Below, one piece after another: positions 50,181 to 61,157 of a stretch of 64,000 nt of DNA. Within the stretch, counting starts at the first letter, position 1. Each line of letters starts with the position of its first letter. Origin of the DNA: Acidimicrobiales bacterium (GTDB lineage: Bacteria; Actinomycetota; Acidimicrobiia; Acidimicrobiales; JACDCH01); assembly GCA_051000215.1 (NCBI GenBank), contig JBPCON010000051.1, positions 9,097-73,096 of the forward strand. Direction: 5' to 3'. A model generated the notes under the pieces. The model ran no database searches. It saw nothing but the letters and a program-made list of their open reading frames with translations, and was not told the origin of the DNA. The position numbers and the translations under genes were made by a program.

Positions 50181-52099
50181 CGTCGCGATCCGAGCAGGAC
50201 GGGGACCTCGTGGCCGCGGCCGAGATCCTGGCCCGTTCCCTGGCTCCCACCGGCCGGCGGTGTGGCCGACGCGACGATGTGCTCGATGCCGTACCCCGTG
50301 CACGCGCCGCAGTCGTAGCACGGTGTCCAACGGCAGTCGGGCAGACCGAGCTCGTGGAGCGCGTCTTGCCAGTCCTGCCACAAGAAATCCTTGTGGAGCC
50401 CCGCCGAGAGGTGGTCCCAGGGCAGCACCTCGTCTTCGCGACGGTGCCGATGGACGTACCAGTCGATGGAGAGGCCGTTGACGGCCATGGCCTCTTCCCA
50501 GAGGCGCAGCTCGAAGTGCTCGCTCCACTCCTGAAAGACGCCACCGTTGCGCCAGACGTGCTCGATGACCTTGCCGAGCCTGCGGTCGCCGCGCGACGCG
50601 ATGCCCTCGGCGAGGGTGGCCTTGGGGTCGTGCCACTTCAAGTTGAGCCCGCGGTCGCGCTTGGTGGCGTCGCGGAGGAGACCGACCTTGCGCTGCAGCT
50701 CAGCCGGGGTGTTCTGCCCGAACCACTGGAACGGGGTGAACGGCTTGGGGACGAAGCCGCCCACCGAAACCGTGACGGAAGCGGACTTCGTGTGCTGGCG
50801 GCCGAGCTCGGCGCAGCGTCGACCCAACTCGGCGATGCCGAGCGTGTCGTCGTCGGTCTCCGAAGGCAGGCCGGTCAGGAAGTAGAGCTTGACCCGCCGC
50901 CAACCCTGGGAGAACGCGGACTCGACAGCTGCGTAGAGGTCCTCCTCGGAGATCAGTTTGTTGATCACTTGACGCATGCGCCACGTGCCGGCCTCGGGGG
51001 CAAACGTGAGCCCGGTGCGGCGCGCCCGTTGGATCTGCGCCGCCAGACCGACTGTGAAGGCGTCGACGCGCAAGGACGGCAGCGAGACCGACACGTCGCC
51101 ACATCCCATCGCGGACTCGACGACGTCTTCGATGCCGGAGAAGTCGGCCGTCGACAGCGACGTGAGCGCGACCTCGTCGTACCCTGTGCGCTTCAGGCCC
51201 TCGCTGATCATCGTGCGCACCTGGTCGATGGGTCGCTCGCGCACGGGCCGGGTGATCATGCCGGCCTGGCAGAACCGACAGCCGCGGGTGCAGCCGCGGA
51301 ACACCTCGACGTTGAGCCGGTCGTGCACGACCTCGGTGAGGGGCACGAGCTGTTGCTTCGGGTATGGCCACGCGCCGAGATCGGCGATCGTGCGCTTCTC
51401 CACCCGTTCGGGCACGTCAGGGTGTCGAGGGGTGACGCCCACGAGCCGGTCACCGTCGTAGTGCGCCTCGTACATCGACGGCACGTAGACGCCATCGACC
51501 TGGGCGAGAGCGCGCAGCACCGTCTCCCGCGACGCGCGCCCGCCTTTCTTCCAGGTGGCCACCACCTCGGTGATCTCGCCGACGACCTCCTCGCCATCGC
51601 CGAGGACGACGACGTCGAGGAAGTCGGCCAGGGGCTCAGGGTTGTAGGTGCAGTGCCCGCCTGCGACCACGAGCGGGTGCTCGGGCCGGCGCTCCGCTGC
51701 GCGCACCGGTACACCGGCGAGGTCGATGCACTCGAGGACGTTGGTGTAGACGAGCTCGGCCGACAGGTTGAACGCGAGCAAGTCGAACCCAGCGGCGCCG
51801 CGGTGCCCGTCGACCGAGAACAACGGCACGCCCTGCTGGCGTAGCAGTCCGGCCAGGTCGCTCCAGGGCGCGTAGGCCCGTTCCGCGACCGCGTCGGGGC
51901 GCTCGTTGAGGATCTCGTAGAGGATCTGCAGGCCCTGGTTCGGCAGGCCGATCTCGTAGGTGTCGGGGTAGGTGAGGAGCCATGACACCTTGTGTGGCGC
52001 ATGGACCGGGGTGCGGGCGCCGTCTTCGCAGCCGATGTAACGCGCCGGCTTCTGCACGCGGGAGAGCAACGGCTCGAGCTGGGGCCAGACGGTGCTCAT
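50177..52099 (-). CDS. B12-binding-domain radical SAM protein (TIGR03960-type)
   Basis: N-terminus LLSRVQKPARYIG and the radical-SAM cluster motif FRGCTRGCRFCQAG. About 640 aa. Confidence 0.9.
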   Translation of the reverse strand: MSTVWPQLEPLLSRVQKPARYIGCEDGARTPVHAPHKVSWLLTYPDTYEIGLPNQGLQILYEILNERPDAVAERAYAPWSDLAGLLRQQGVPLFSVDGHRGAAGFDLLAFNLSAELVYTNVLECIDLAGVPVRAAERRPEHPLVVAGGHCTYNPEPLADFLDVVVLGDGEEVVGEITEVVATWKKGGRASRETVLRALAQVDGVYVPSMYEAHYDGDRLVGVTPRHPDVPERVEKRTIADLGAWPYPKQQLVPLTEVVHDRLNVEVFRGCTRGCRFCQAGMITRPVRERPIDQVRTMISEGLKRTGYDEVALTSLSTADFSGIEDVVESAMGCGDVSVSLPSLRVDAFTVGLAAQIQRARRTGLTFAPEAGTWRMRQVINKLISEEDLYAAVESAFSQGWRRVKLYFLTGLPSETDDDTLGIAELGRRCAELGRQHTKSASVTVSVGGFVPKPFTPFQWFGQNTPAELQRKVGLLRDATKRDRGLNLKWHDPKATLAEGIASRGDRRLGKVIEHVWRNGGVFQEWSEHFELRLWEEAMAVNGLSIDWYVHRHRREDEVLPWDHLSAGLHKDFLWQDWQDALHELGLPDCRWTPCYDCGACTGYGIEHIVASATPPAGGSQGTGQDLGRGHEVPVLLGSRR

Positions 52100-52163
52100 G
52101 TCGAGGCCAGGCTACAGGGCACCCCGTCGCCCGGACCGCCAGCTGGGGGCGGCCCGAGGAGCG

Positions 52164-53336
52164 TCATGAGAAGCGTCGTGAATGGATGTTGAGCACGAGC
52201 CCGATGGCCACGAACTCGGCCAACGTCGAGGAGCCACCGTAGGAGACGAACGGGAGGGGGATGCCGGTGACCGGCATGATCCCCATCGTCATCCCGACGT
52301 TTTCGAAGATTTGGAACATCAGCAGACACAGCACGCCCACGCACACGAGCGAGCCGAACGGGTCGCGGGCGAGCTGCGCTGTGCGCCAGATGCGCCAGGC
52401 GACGATGGCGAAGAGGGAGAGAAGCGTTGCGCCACCCATGAAGCCGAGCTGTTCGCCGACGGCCGTGAAGATGAAGTCGGTGTGCTGCTCCGGCACGTTG
52501 CCGAGCCGCGTCTGGGACCCGTTGAACAACCCCTCACCGCCCCACCCGCCGGCCCCGATCGTGATCTTCGACTGGTCGACGTTGTACTTCGCGCGTGCCA
52601 GCTCCGGGTTGTCCTTGGCCGAGACGTCCTGCGCGGTGAAAGAGGTCAAACGGGCCTGCTGGTACTCCTTCAGCACGTGCAGGTGAAAGACGCCGACGAC
52701 CCCGATGGCCCCGACGACGAAGAGCCCGACCAGGTAGCGCCCTGGCACCCCGGCGACGAGCATGATGCCGGCGAGGATGGCCACGAGCACGAGCCCGGTC
52801 CCGAGGTCGGGCTGCAGCATGATCAGCGCGAGGGGCGCTGCGCCGATCGCCAAGAGCGCGGCGAGGCGGCGCAAGTCGATCTCGCCGTGGAACTGCGACG
52901 CCGCCGCGCTCAGGAGGAAGATGAGGCCGAGCTTTGCGAACTCCGACGGCTGCAGCTGGAAGCTGCCGATCTGGAACCACCCCTGGGTGCCTTTGCTCGA
53001 AGAGCCCAGGGGCGAGACCACGACGAGCAGCGTTGCGCACGCCGCGCCGTACAGGATGAGCGCGAAATCGCGAAACACCCGGTAGTCGACGAGGGAGACG
53101 ACAGCCAGGAGGACCATTCCGATGACGACGAAGGCGAGCTGCTTCGTGAAGAACCCGGTTTGATACGGCGAGCTCGGCCCTCGGGTCGCGCTCCAGACCA
53201 TGAGCGTGCCGAGCAACCCGATCGCCACGACTGCACCGATGAGCACGACATCGAGATGCCGCCAGGCCGCAGCCGGGTTGCGGTTCAGTCGCGTCGTCGA
53301 ACCTCGGCGCAACGAGCGGCTCACTGTGGCGGCCAT
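52164..53336 (-). CDS. rodA: peptidoglycan glycosyltransferase RodA (SEDS family)
   Basis: FtsW/RodA/SpoVE polytopic protein (PSEFAKL, TDFIFTAVGEQLGF, GIPLPFVSYGGSS) directly downstream of mrdA. ATG at 53336. Confidence 0.9.
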   Translation of the reverse strand: MAATVSRSLRRGSTTRLNRNPAAAWRHLDVVLIGAVVAIGLLGTLMVWSATRGPSSPYQTGFFTKQLAFVVIGMVLLAVVSLVDYRVFRDFALILYGAACATLLVVVSPLGSSSKGTQGWFQIGSFQLQPSEFAKLGLIFLLSAAASQFHGEIDLRRLAALLAIGAAPLALIMLQPDLGTGLVLVAILAGIMLVAGVPGRYLVGLFVVGAIGVVGVFHLHVLKEYQQARLTSFTAQDVSAKDNPELARAKYNVDQSKITIGAGGWGGEGLFNGSQTRLGNVPEQHTDFIFTAVGEQLGFMGGATLLSLFAIVAWRIWRTAQLARDPFGSLVCVGVLCLLMFQIFENVGMTMGIMPVTGIPLPFVSYGGSSTLAEFVAIGLVLNIHSRRFS

Positions 53337-55348
53337 CAATCGCGCACCGATGTCTGCGCCTGGCCCGGCCCCGGCACCGACCGGTCGAGAGCGCCGCCGG
53401 GACCGACGTGGGGTTGCTGGGCCGGGTCGGCGATGCCCTGGAACACGCGGCGGATCACCGGGGCCGCGGCCACGGCGCCGAACCCGGAGTTCTCGAGCAC
53501 GGCCGCGCCGACGTACTGCGCACCCGCTGCGGGCCCGAAGCCAACGAAGAGCGCGTTGTTGCTCTCCTTGTTGTTGTGCACCTCTGCCGTCCCCGTCTTG
53601 CCGGCGACGGCCCACCCGGGAAAGTCGCGGAAAGCTGCGTAGGCCGTGCCGCTCGCGTTTGCAGTGACACCCTCGAAGCCCTGCAACATCGCGTCGCGCT
53701 GCTCGGGGAGGATCGCCACGGTCTTCAGTTGGCGTGGAGAGATGATGCGTACGATCTCGCCGGTGGTCCCCCGGTGCACCTCACGCGCGACGTTTGGCGA
53801 GAAGAGAGCGCCTTGCGCGTTTGCGAACGCCGCGTATGCGTTTGCCAGCTGCAACGGTGTGACGAGCATGTCGCCCTGACCGATCGCGATGTTGACGTTG
53901 TCGCCCGTGAACCAACTGGCGGTTGGGAAGGCCCCCGGGTTCGCGTCGTGTCGCTGCTTTTGGTTTTCGGGAGTGGGGACCCATCCCGACTGCTCGCCGG
54001 TGAGCGGCACACCCGTCTCCGCGCCGAGCCCGAACGCGTCAGCCGCTTTCTGGATGCCATCGCCGAGCCTCGAGCGGTCTGACCAGAAGTCGGCGCCGAG
54101 CTTGTAGAAGTACGTGTCGGACGACACGGTCAGCGCCCTCGTGAGGTTCACCGTCCCGTGCGCGGTGCCACCCGAGTTCGTCCGCGTGCAGCCCGCCGGG
54201 TCGCCGGTGCACCCCGGGATCTTGTACACGCCGGTGTCGACGTACGGCGTCTCGGGCGTGATGAGCCCTGCTTGGAGGGCCGCATACGCGGTGATGAGCT
54301 TGAAGGTGGAGCCCGGCGCGTACTGACCCTGCAGCGCTCTGTTGTTGAGCGGGAACTGATTTGCGGGGTCGTTCAGCTGGTTCCACAGATCGGTGGGTAT
54401 GGGCTTGGTGAAGGTGCTCGGATCGAAATCGGGGTAGCTCGCCATGGCGATCACCTCCCCGGTGTTCGGGTCGAGGACGACAGCCGATCCGGCGGGCGAG
54501 GCGTTGTAGGAGCCGTCGGAGTTCCGCGTCCCCCTCGCGATGTCGAGCTGCTCGCGAAGTGTTGCCTCGGTCGTCGCCTGGATGTCGGCATCGATGGAGA
54601 GCACGAGGTCGTCACCTGGGATGGGTGCGTCGTTGGTGATCTGGCGGACGGTGTCGCCCTTGGCATCGACCTCGAGCACCCGCTTGCCCGGCGTGCCGCG
54701 GAGGTCGGCCTCGTAGGTCTGCTCGACGCCCGTCTTGCCGATCTGATCGTCGAGCTCGTAGGTCTTCGGGTCGGCACCGCGCGCCTTGAACTCGCTCTCG
54801 GTGATGGATCCGACGTAGCCGAGGATGTGGGAGGCCGTGCGTCCGAGCGGGTAGTTGCGGATCGTGGCCGCCGTGACCGCGACGGCGCCATCCAGGTCGG
54901 GCGAATGCTCCTCGAGGAAGAGCTCGAGGTCCTTCGACACGTCTTCGGCGACGGGCACCGGGGTGTAGGGGCTGTAGCGCACGTCGGCGAGGCGTTTCTC
55001 GATGTCGTCGACCGTCCTTGCTTCGCCCGTGTAGCGGGTGAGCTCATCGGCGAGCCGACCGAGCAACGCGCTGCGCTCGGGCTTACCTGGCTTCGCCAGC
55101 CGCTGCCGGTCGACGGTGACAACGGTCGACACTCGATTGTCGACGAGGATCTTCCCATGGCGGTCGAGGACACGACCGCGCGGGGCGGGCTCGAGCACGG
55201 TGCGAGTGCTGTTCGCCGAGGCCTGGAGCTTGAACTGGTCGCTCGCGAGTATCTGCAAGTACCACAGGCGCGAGAACAGCGTCGCGAACAGCGACAGCAC
55301 GACGAGCCCGAGCACGCCAAGGCGCAGGCGGGGGTTCTCCGGGTTCAC
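53336..55348 (-). CDS. mrdA: penicillin-binding protein 2 (elongasome transpeptidase)
   Basis: N-terminal anchor RLRLGVLGLVVLSLFATLFSRLWYLQI, an SxxK motif (PGSTFK), and KTGTAE. GTG at 55348 overlaps the mreD stop (GTGA). Confidence 0.9.
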   Translation of the reverse strand: MNPENPRLRLGVLGLVVLSLFATLFSRLWYLQILASDQFKLQASANSTRTVLEPAPRGRVLDRHGKILVDNRVSTVVTVDRQRLAKPGKPERSALLGRLADELTRYTGEARTVDDIEKRLADVRYSPYTPVPVAEDVSKDLELFLEEHSPDLDGAVAVTAATIRNYPLGRTASHILGYVGSITESEFKARGADPKTYELDDQIGKTGVEQTYEADLRGTPGKRVLEVDAKGDTVRQITNDAPIPGDDLVLSIDADIQATTEATLREQLDIARGTRNSDGSYNASPAGSAVVLDPNTGEVIAMASYPDFDPSTFTKPIPTDLWNQLNDPANQFPLNNRALQGQYAPGSTFKLITAYAALQAGLITPETPYVDTGVYKIPGCTGDPAGCTRTNSGGTAHGTVNLTRALTVSSDTYFYKLGADFWSDRSRLGDGIQKAADAFGLGAETGVPLTGEQSGWVPTPENQKQRHDANPGAFPTASWFTGDNVNIAIGQGDMLVTPLQLANAYAAFANAQGALFSPNVAREVHRGTTGEIVRIISPRQLKTVAILPEQRDAMLQGFEGVTANASGTAYAAFRDFPGWAVAGKTGTAEVHNNKESNNALFVGFGPAAGAQYVGAAVLENSGFGAVAAAPVIRRVFQGIADPAQQPHVGPGGALDRSVPGPGQAQTSVRD

Positions 55349-55848
55349 AGGGCCAACCTGGTGTGACGCTCCGCGGGAACCGCCCAGCGGGCGATGCGCA
55401 GGGCGGGGAGCACCAGGGCGCCGTTGATGATGGCGACCACGGCCGCGATCTGCAGGAGGCGCGCCTCGAAGTAGCCCTCCTGGCCGAGCACCGTCCCGAT
55501 GACGGCGAACAACACGACGCCGAGCACGCTCGCCCCCATGGCCGAAGCAACAGGTATCCACCACGAGGCCCGCAGGACGCCGCCCTGCAACGTGCCGACC
55601 ACGAAACCCGTGATGCAGTACGCCAGCGCGTACAACCCGACCGGCGTGCCGACGACGAGTAGGTCGTAGCCGAGGCCGGCGGCGAATCCCGCCATCGCGC
55701 CACGATCGGGCCCCCCGACGATCCCCGCTGCAATAGCGAAGAGCAGCACCACGTCGGCGCGCACCCCGAAGACGGCGAGATCGGCGAAGAGCGTCGTCTG
55801 CAGCACCAGGGTGAAGAACAGCACGAACGAGGCGCGCGCTGTCGTCAC
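55345..55848 (-). CDS. mreD: rod shape-determining protein MreD
   Basis: Small polytopic membrane protein between mreC and mrdA. GTG at 55848 overlaps the mreC stop (GTGA); an alternative ATG lies at 55863. Confidence 0.8.
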   Translation of the reverse strand: MTTARASFVLFFTLVLQTTLFADLAVFGVRADVVLLFAIAAGIVGGPDRGAMAGFAAGLGYDLLVVGTPVGLYALAYCITGFVVGTLQGGVLRASWWIPVASAMGASVLGVVLFAVIGTVLGQEGYFEARLLQIAAVVAIINGALVLPALRIARWAVPAERHTRLAL

Positions 55849-56681
55849 CTCGTTGGCTCCCACAGCAGGACGGTGACGTAGGCGAGGCGAGCCAGATCGG
55901 CCAGCGGGTCGATGGTGACCACCTTGCTGAGCTGATCGGGCGACAGCTCAGCTGCTCGTGCGGTCCCCACCGGTATCAGGGGCGGGAAGATCGCGCGGTC
56001 GAGCCCGCTCGTCGTCACCGCTTCGCCGATCGGGACGTCGGCCTTGGGGTTGATGCCCGACTCGACGCGCAGCGGGCCCCCCTCACCCGTCCCTCGCGCG
56101 ACGCCGATCTCCTGCGAGCTCGTCAGGCGGATGCCGATCGCGAAGTCGGGATCGGTGATGAGCTTCACCACCGAGTGCCCGCTCGTGACCTGGACCACAC
56201 GTCCAACCAGCCCGGCACCGGTGACCACGGGGTTGCCGACCGCGACGTGGTCGCTGCTTCCGTGGTCGAGCTCGATCGTGTGGGCAAAGTTGCTCACCGC
56301 GCCCGAGCTGACCTGCGCCAGCACCTGGGGGATGTCGCTGACCGACGCGAGGCCGACCGATTTGCGCAGCTGCTCGGCGTCCTTGCTCGCGGCCTCACCT
56401 TCGGCGTTGTTTCCGCGCAGCACGTCGTTCTCCTTGCGCAGCGCTTCGTTCTCCTTGCGCACGTCGTCGTAGTGCCACGCACCGTTCCACGCGTCGGCGA
56501 CAGGGCTGAACACCCGATCGGCTGCGCCTCGGACCGGGCTGAAGACGGTCGCTGCGCCATCGCGCACCGGCTCGAGCGCCCCGGAGCCGCCGCGGAAGTC
56601 GATGGTGAGGATCGTGATCGAGCTGAGGACGAGCAGGATCAGCGTGAGCCGAGAGCGCCCGCCGCGCCGGGACATCGCCAT
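55845..56681 (-). CDS. mreC: rod shape-determining protein MreC
   Basis: N-terminal anchor (LTLILLVLSSITILTIDF), a coiled-coil (ENEALRKENDVLR), and beta-barrel domains (PVVTGAGLVGRVVQVT). Confidence 0.88.
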   Translation of the reverse strand: MAMSRRGGRSRLTLILLVLSSITILTIDFRGGSGALEPVRDGAATVFSPVRGAADRVFSPVADAWNGAWHYDDVRKENEALRKENDVLRGNNAEGEAASKDAEQLRKSVGLASVSDIPQVLAQVSSGAVSNFAHTIELDHGSSDHVAVGNPVVTGAGLVGRVVQVTSGHSVVKLITDPDFAIGIRLTSSQEIGVARGTGEGGPLRVESGINPKADVPIGEAVTTSGLDRAIFPPLIPVGTARAAELSPDQLSKVVTIDPLADLARLAYVTVLLWEPTR

Positions 56682-56698
56682 GAGCGCGTCCTACAGCG

Positions 56699-57742
56699 TC
56701 AACGGTCGGGCGTCTCGGAGAACAGCACGTCCTTGAGGGCGGCGTAGTCCTCCAGGGCCTGACCAGATCCGATCGCGACCGAGTGCAACGGATCGGGAGC
56801 GATCACGATCGGCATGCCCGTCTCATGTTGGAGCCGAGCGTCGAGCCCATGCAGCAGCGCGCCGCCACCGGAGAGGACGATTCCCTGCTCCATGATGTCT
56901 GCGGCGAGCTCGGGCGGGGTCTTGTCGAGGGTCACCTTCACGGCGTCGACGACCGCGCCGACGGGCTCTTCGATCGCGTCGCGGATCTCCTCTGTCGAGA
57001 CCACCACCGTCTTGGGCAACCCGGTCACGAGATCGCGCCCGCGTATCTCGGCGTGGACCTCCTCCATCAGCGGCAACGCCGAGCAGAGGGCGATCTTGAT
57101 CTCTTCGGCCATGCGCTCGCCGAGTGCGAGGCTGTACTCCTTCTTGATGTACTGGATGATCGCCTCGTCGAGCTCGTCGCCGCCGATGCGGACCGACTGG
57201 CTGGCGACGATGCCACCGAGGGAGATCACAGCCACCTCGGTGGTGCCGCCCCCGATGTCGACGATCATGTTGCCCGACGGCTCGTGGACCGGCAGGCCGG
57301 CACCGATCGCTGCCGCCATGGGCTCTTCGATGATGACGGGATCCTTGCGGGCACCGGCGTAGACAGCAGCCTCTTGCACGGCGCGCTTCTCGACCCCTGT
57401 CACGCCGGACGGGACACAGATGATCATCCGCGGGCGCATCGTCACCTTGCGGGGATGCACCTTCTGGATGAAGTACTTCAACATCTTCTCGCAGATCTCG
57501 AAGTCGGCGATCACGCCGTCTTTGAGCGGGCGGATCGCGGTGATGTGTGCCGGCGTGCGCCCGATCATCCGCTTAGCCTCGGTGCCCACGGACAACGGTC
57601 TCCCATCGCGGGCGTTCACCGCGACGACGGAGGGCTCGTCGAGGACGATGCCGCGACCGCGCACGTAGATCACGGTGTTGGCCGTGCCGAGGTCGACGGC
57701 CATGTCACGGCCCATCAACGAGGAGAACAGGTTTTCGGACAT
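56699..57742 (-). CDS. mreB: rod shape-determining actin homolog MreB
   Basis: DMAVDLGTANTVIYVRGRGIVLDEPSVVAV and DIGGGTTEVAVISLGG are MreB signatures. Confidence 0.95.
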   Translation of the reverse strand: MSENLFSSLMGRDMAVDLGTANTVIYVRGRGIVLDEPSVVAVNARDGRPLSVGTEAKRMIGRTPAHITAIRPLKDGVIADFEICEKMLKYFIQKVHPRKVTMRPRMIICVPSGVTGVEKRAVQEAAVYAGARKDPVIIEEPMAAAIGAGLPVHEPSGNMIVDIGGGTTEVAVISLGGIVASQSVRIGGDELDEAIIQYIKKEYSLALGERMAEEIKIALCSALPLMEEVHAEIRGRDLVTGLPKTVVVSTEEIRDAIEEPVGAVVDAVKVTLDKTPPELAADIMEQGIVLSGGGALLHGLDARLQHETGMPIVIAPDPLHSVAIGSGQALEDYAALKDVLFSETPDR

Positions 57743-57871
57743 CCGAAGGGCTCCCGAGGGCGGGGGAGGTTGTTGGCGAAAGCTACTCGGGATCGGGCGC
57801 GGCGCGCCTGGCCCCTACTCAGGCGCGTCACGCTACAGGTCGTAACGCTTTCGCAACAATCGCCCGTCGCC

Positions 57872-58282
57872 TCAGGCGGAGGGGAACCAGAGCGCGATCT
57901 CTCGCGCAGCAGCGTCGTGGCCGTCGCTCGCGTGCACGAGGTTCTCGGTCGTGACGGTGGCGAGATCGCCTCGGATCGTGCCTGGCTCGGCATCGTCGAC
58001 CTTCGTCGCGCCGACCAGCTTGCGCACCAAGGAGTAGGTGTTGTCGCCAGGCCCCTCGACGATCATCGCGAACACCGGCGAGCGGGTCAGGAAGGCGACG
58101 AGCTCACCGAAGAACGGCTTCTCGCGGTGCTCGGCGTAGTGCGCCTCGGCGAGGGTGCGGTCCGCGGTCCGGAGCTCGGCTGCGACGAGAACGAGGCCCT
58201 TTCGCTCGAGCCGGCTCACGATCTCCCCGACGAGGCCGCGCTCGACAGCGTCGGGCTTGGCCATCACGAAGGTGCGGTTCAT
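57872..58282 (-). CDS. ndk: nucleoside-diphosphate kinase
   Basis: [29 protein letters not shown] and NLVHASD (catalytic His). Confidence 0.95.
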   Translation of the reverse strand: MNRTFVMAKPDAVERGLVGEIVSRLERKGLVLVAAELRTADRTLAEAHYAEHREKPFFGELVAFLTRSPVFAMIVEGPGDNTYSLVRKLVGATKVDDAEPGTIRGDLATVTTENLVHASDGHDAAAREIALWFPSA

Positions 58283-58336
58283 TGGGGCGAAGGTAGGGGA
58301 CGCCTGCCGGTGTTCACCAGCCGATCGGGCGGCGCC

Positions 58337-59650
58337 TCATCGCGCCAGGAGCCCGGTCCGAGCTTCGCCGACGACGTAAAGGCTGCCCGTCACGAGCACG
58401 GCGTCGTCGTTCCCGGCGAGGGCGATGGCGCGTTCGACAGCCGTCGCCACGTCGGGCTCAGCGATGGCTCGCGTGCCGATCGCCTCGGCAGCGGCAGCGA
58501 TGTCGTCGGCTGGGATGGCGCGAGGCGATCGTGGTGTGCACGCAACGACGAGCGAGGCCTGGTCGGCCTCGAGAGCGTCGAGCAGGTCGCTCGGATCCCG
58601 CGGCGCGAGCACGCCGAGCACGATGATGCGCTCGCCGTGCACGGCGAAGTCGTCGTCAAGGGTGGCGATGGCGCCGCGCGCACCTTCGACGTTGTGTGCC
58701 CCGTCGAGCACCACGAGCGGCTGATGCCCGACGACCTCGAAGCGTCCTGGCGCCCGCGACGCGGCGAACCCTTCGGCGACGACCTCGTCGTCGACTCGCT
58801 GCCCGAAGAACGCTTCGACCGCTGCCAGCGCGCAAGCTGCGTTGTCACCTTGATGCGCACCGTGCAGTGGCAAGAAGAGCTCCTCGTACAGGCCCGAGGG
58901 TGTGCGCAGGTCGAGGACCCGCCCACCAACGGCCATCTCGTTGCGTTCCGCGCCGAAGTCGAAGTCGCGAAACCAGGTCGCCTCTGCCCCCGCCCGCTCG
59001 AAGGTGGGCAGCAGATCCTGATCTGTCTCGCCGACGACGAACGTCGCGCCGGGCTTCACAATGCCGGCTTTCTCCTGCGCGATGCGCTCACGCCAGTCAC
59101 CCGTGAAGTCGCTGTGGTCGTGGCCGACGTTGGTGAGCACCGCCACCACCCCATCGGCGACGTTCGTCGCGTCGTAACGGCCGAGGAGCCCGACCTCGAC
59201 CACAGCGACGTCGACGGCGACGTCTGCGAACCAACGAAACGCTGCGGCGGTGAGGAGCTCGAAGTACGAGGGTCGTTGCGCGACAAGGGGTTCGAGCCGC
59301 TCCAAGTCTGCGAGGACCGCTACGAGCTCGTCATCGTCGATGGGCTCGCCGTTGCGGACGATGCGCTCGTTGAGCTTCTCGAGGTGCGGGCTGGTGTACG
59401 TGCCGACAGTCAGCCCGCCGGCAGCGAGGACGGCTGAGGCGATCCGCGCGACGGAACCCTTGCCGTTCGTACCCGTGATGTGGATCACCGGATAGCTCCG
59501 CTGGGGCTCACCGAGAACATCGACGAGACCATGCATGCGCTCGAGCGAGAGCCCACCAGTCGATCCCGCCTTGGGCGCGCCGCCCTTTGCCGACTCGTAG
59601 TTGATGTGCGTGTCGAGCCAGCGCAGCGCGGCGCTGAGGTCTTCGGCCAT
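58337..59650 (-). CDS. folC: bifunctional folylpolyglutamate synthase / dihydrofolate synthase
   Basis: Mur-ligase P-loop HITGTNGKGS and FolC-like N- and C-terminal domains. Confidence 0.9.
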   Translation of the reverse strand: MAEDLSAALRWLDTHINYESAKGGAPKAGSTGGLSLERMHGLVDVLGEPQRSYPVIHITGTNGKGSVARIASAVLAAGGLTVGTYTSPHLEKLNERIVRNGEPIDDDELVAVLADLERLEPLVAQRPSYFELLTAAAFRWFADVAVDVAVVEVGLLGRYDATNVADGVVAVLTNVGHDHSDFTGDWRERIAQEKAGIVKPGATFVVGETDQDLLPTFERAGAEATWFRDFDFGAERNEMAVGGRVLDLRTPSGLYEELFLPLHGAHQGDNAACALAAVEAFFGQRVDDEVVAEGFAASRAPGRFEVVGHQPLVVLDGAHNVEGARGAIATLDDDFAVHGERIIVLGVLAPRDPSDLLDALEADQASLVVACTPRSPRAIPADDIAAAAEAIGTRAIAEPDVATAVERAIALAGNDDAVLVTGSLYVVGEARTGLLAR

Positions 59651-59676
59651 GGCCGACCAACGCTACCGGCGTCGAT

Positions 59677-59793
59677 TCAGGCGGCCAGCGATGCGCGCGC
59701 CACCCTCGGTGCCACACCGAGGTTCGCTCGCCTCGCCTTGCGCAACACGACCTCGAGCTCCTCGTCGCTCGAGAACACGAGGCCGTCGATCAT
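59677..59793 (-). CDS. candidate small protein (38 aa), function unknown
   Basis: ATG is preceded by GAGGGG with 4-nt spacing. About 33 of 37 codons end in G/C, consistent with coding in this genome. Translation: MIDGLVFSSDEELEVVLRKARRANLGVAPRVARASLAA. It is below the ORF-track length cut-off and I recognise no homology. Confidence 0.3.
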   Translation of the reverse strand: MIDGLVFSSDEELEVVLRKARRANLGVAPRVARASLAA

Positions 59794-59852
59794 GTCGCCC
59801 CTCTACCCAGGGACGCTCCGGCCCATCCGTCGCTGTTTCGGTAGCGGCGCGT

Positions 59853-61130
<1,278 letters not shown>

Positions 61131-61157
61131 CGAAGTCTCCCCCTTCGCCTTGGTTGT

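Noticed and set aside
56783-59437. 884-aa + strand ORF
   Set aside because: It runs antisense across mreB, ndk and folC, all strongly supported on the - strand, and even crosses their intergenic gaps. It is a shadow ORF caused by stop-codon depletion in GC-rich DNA.
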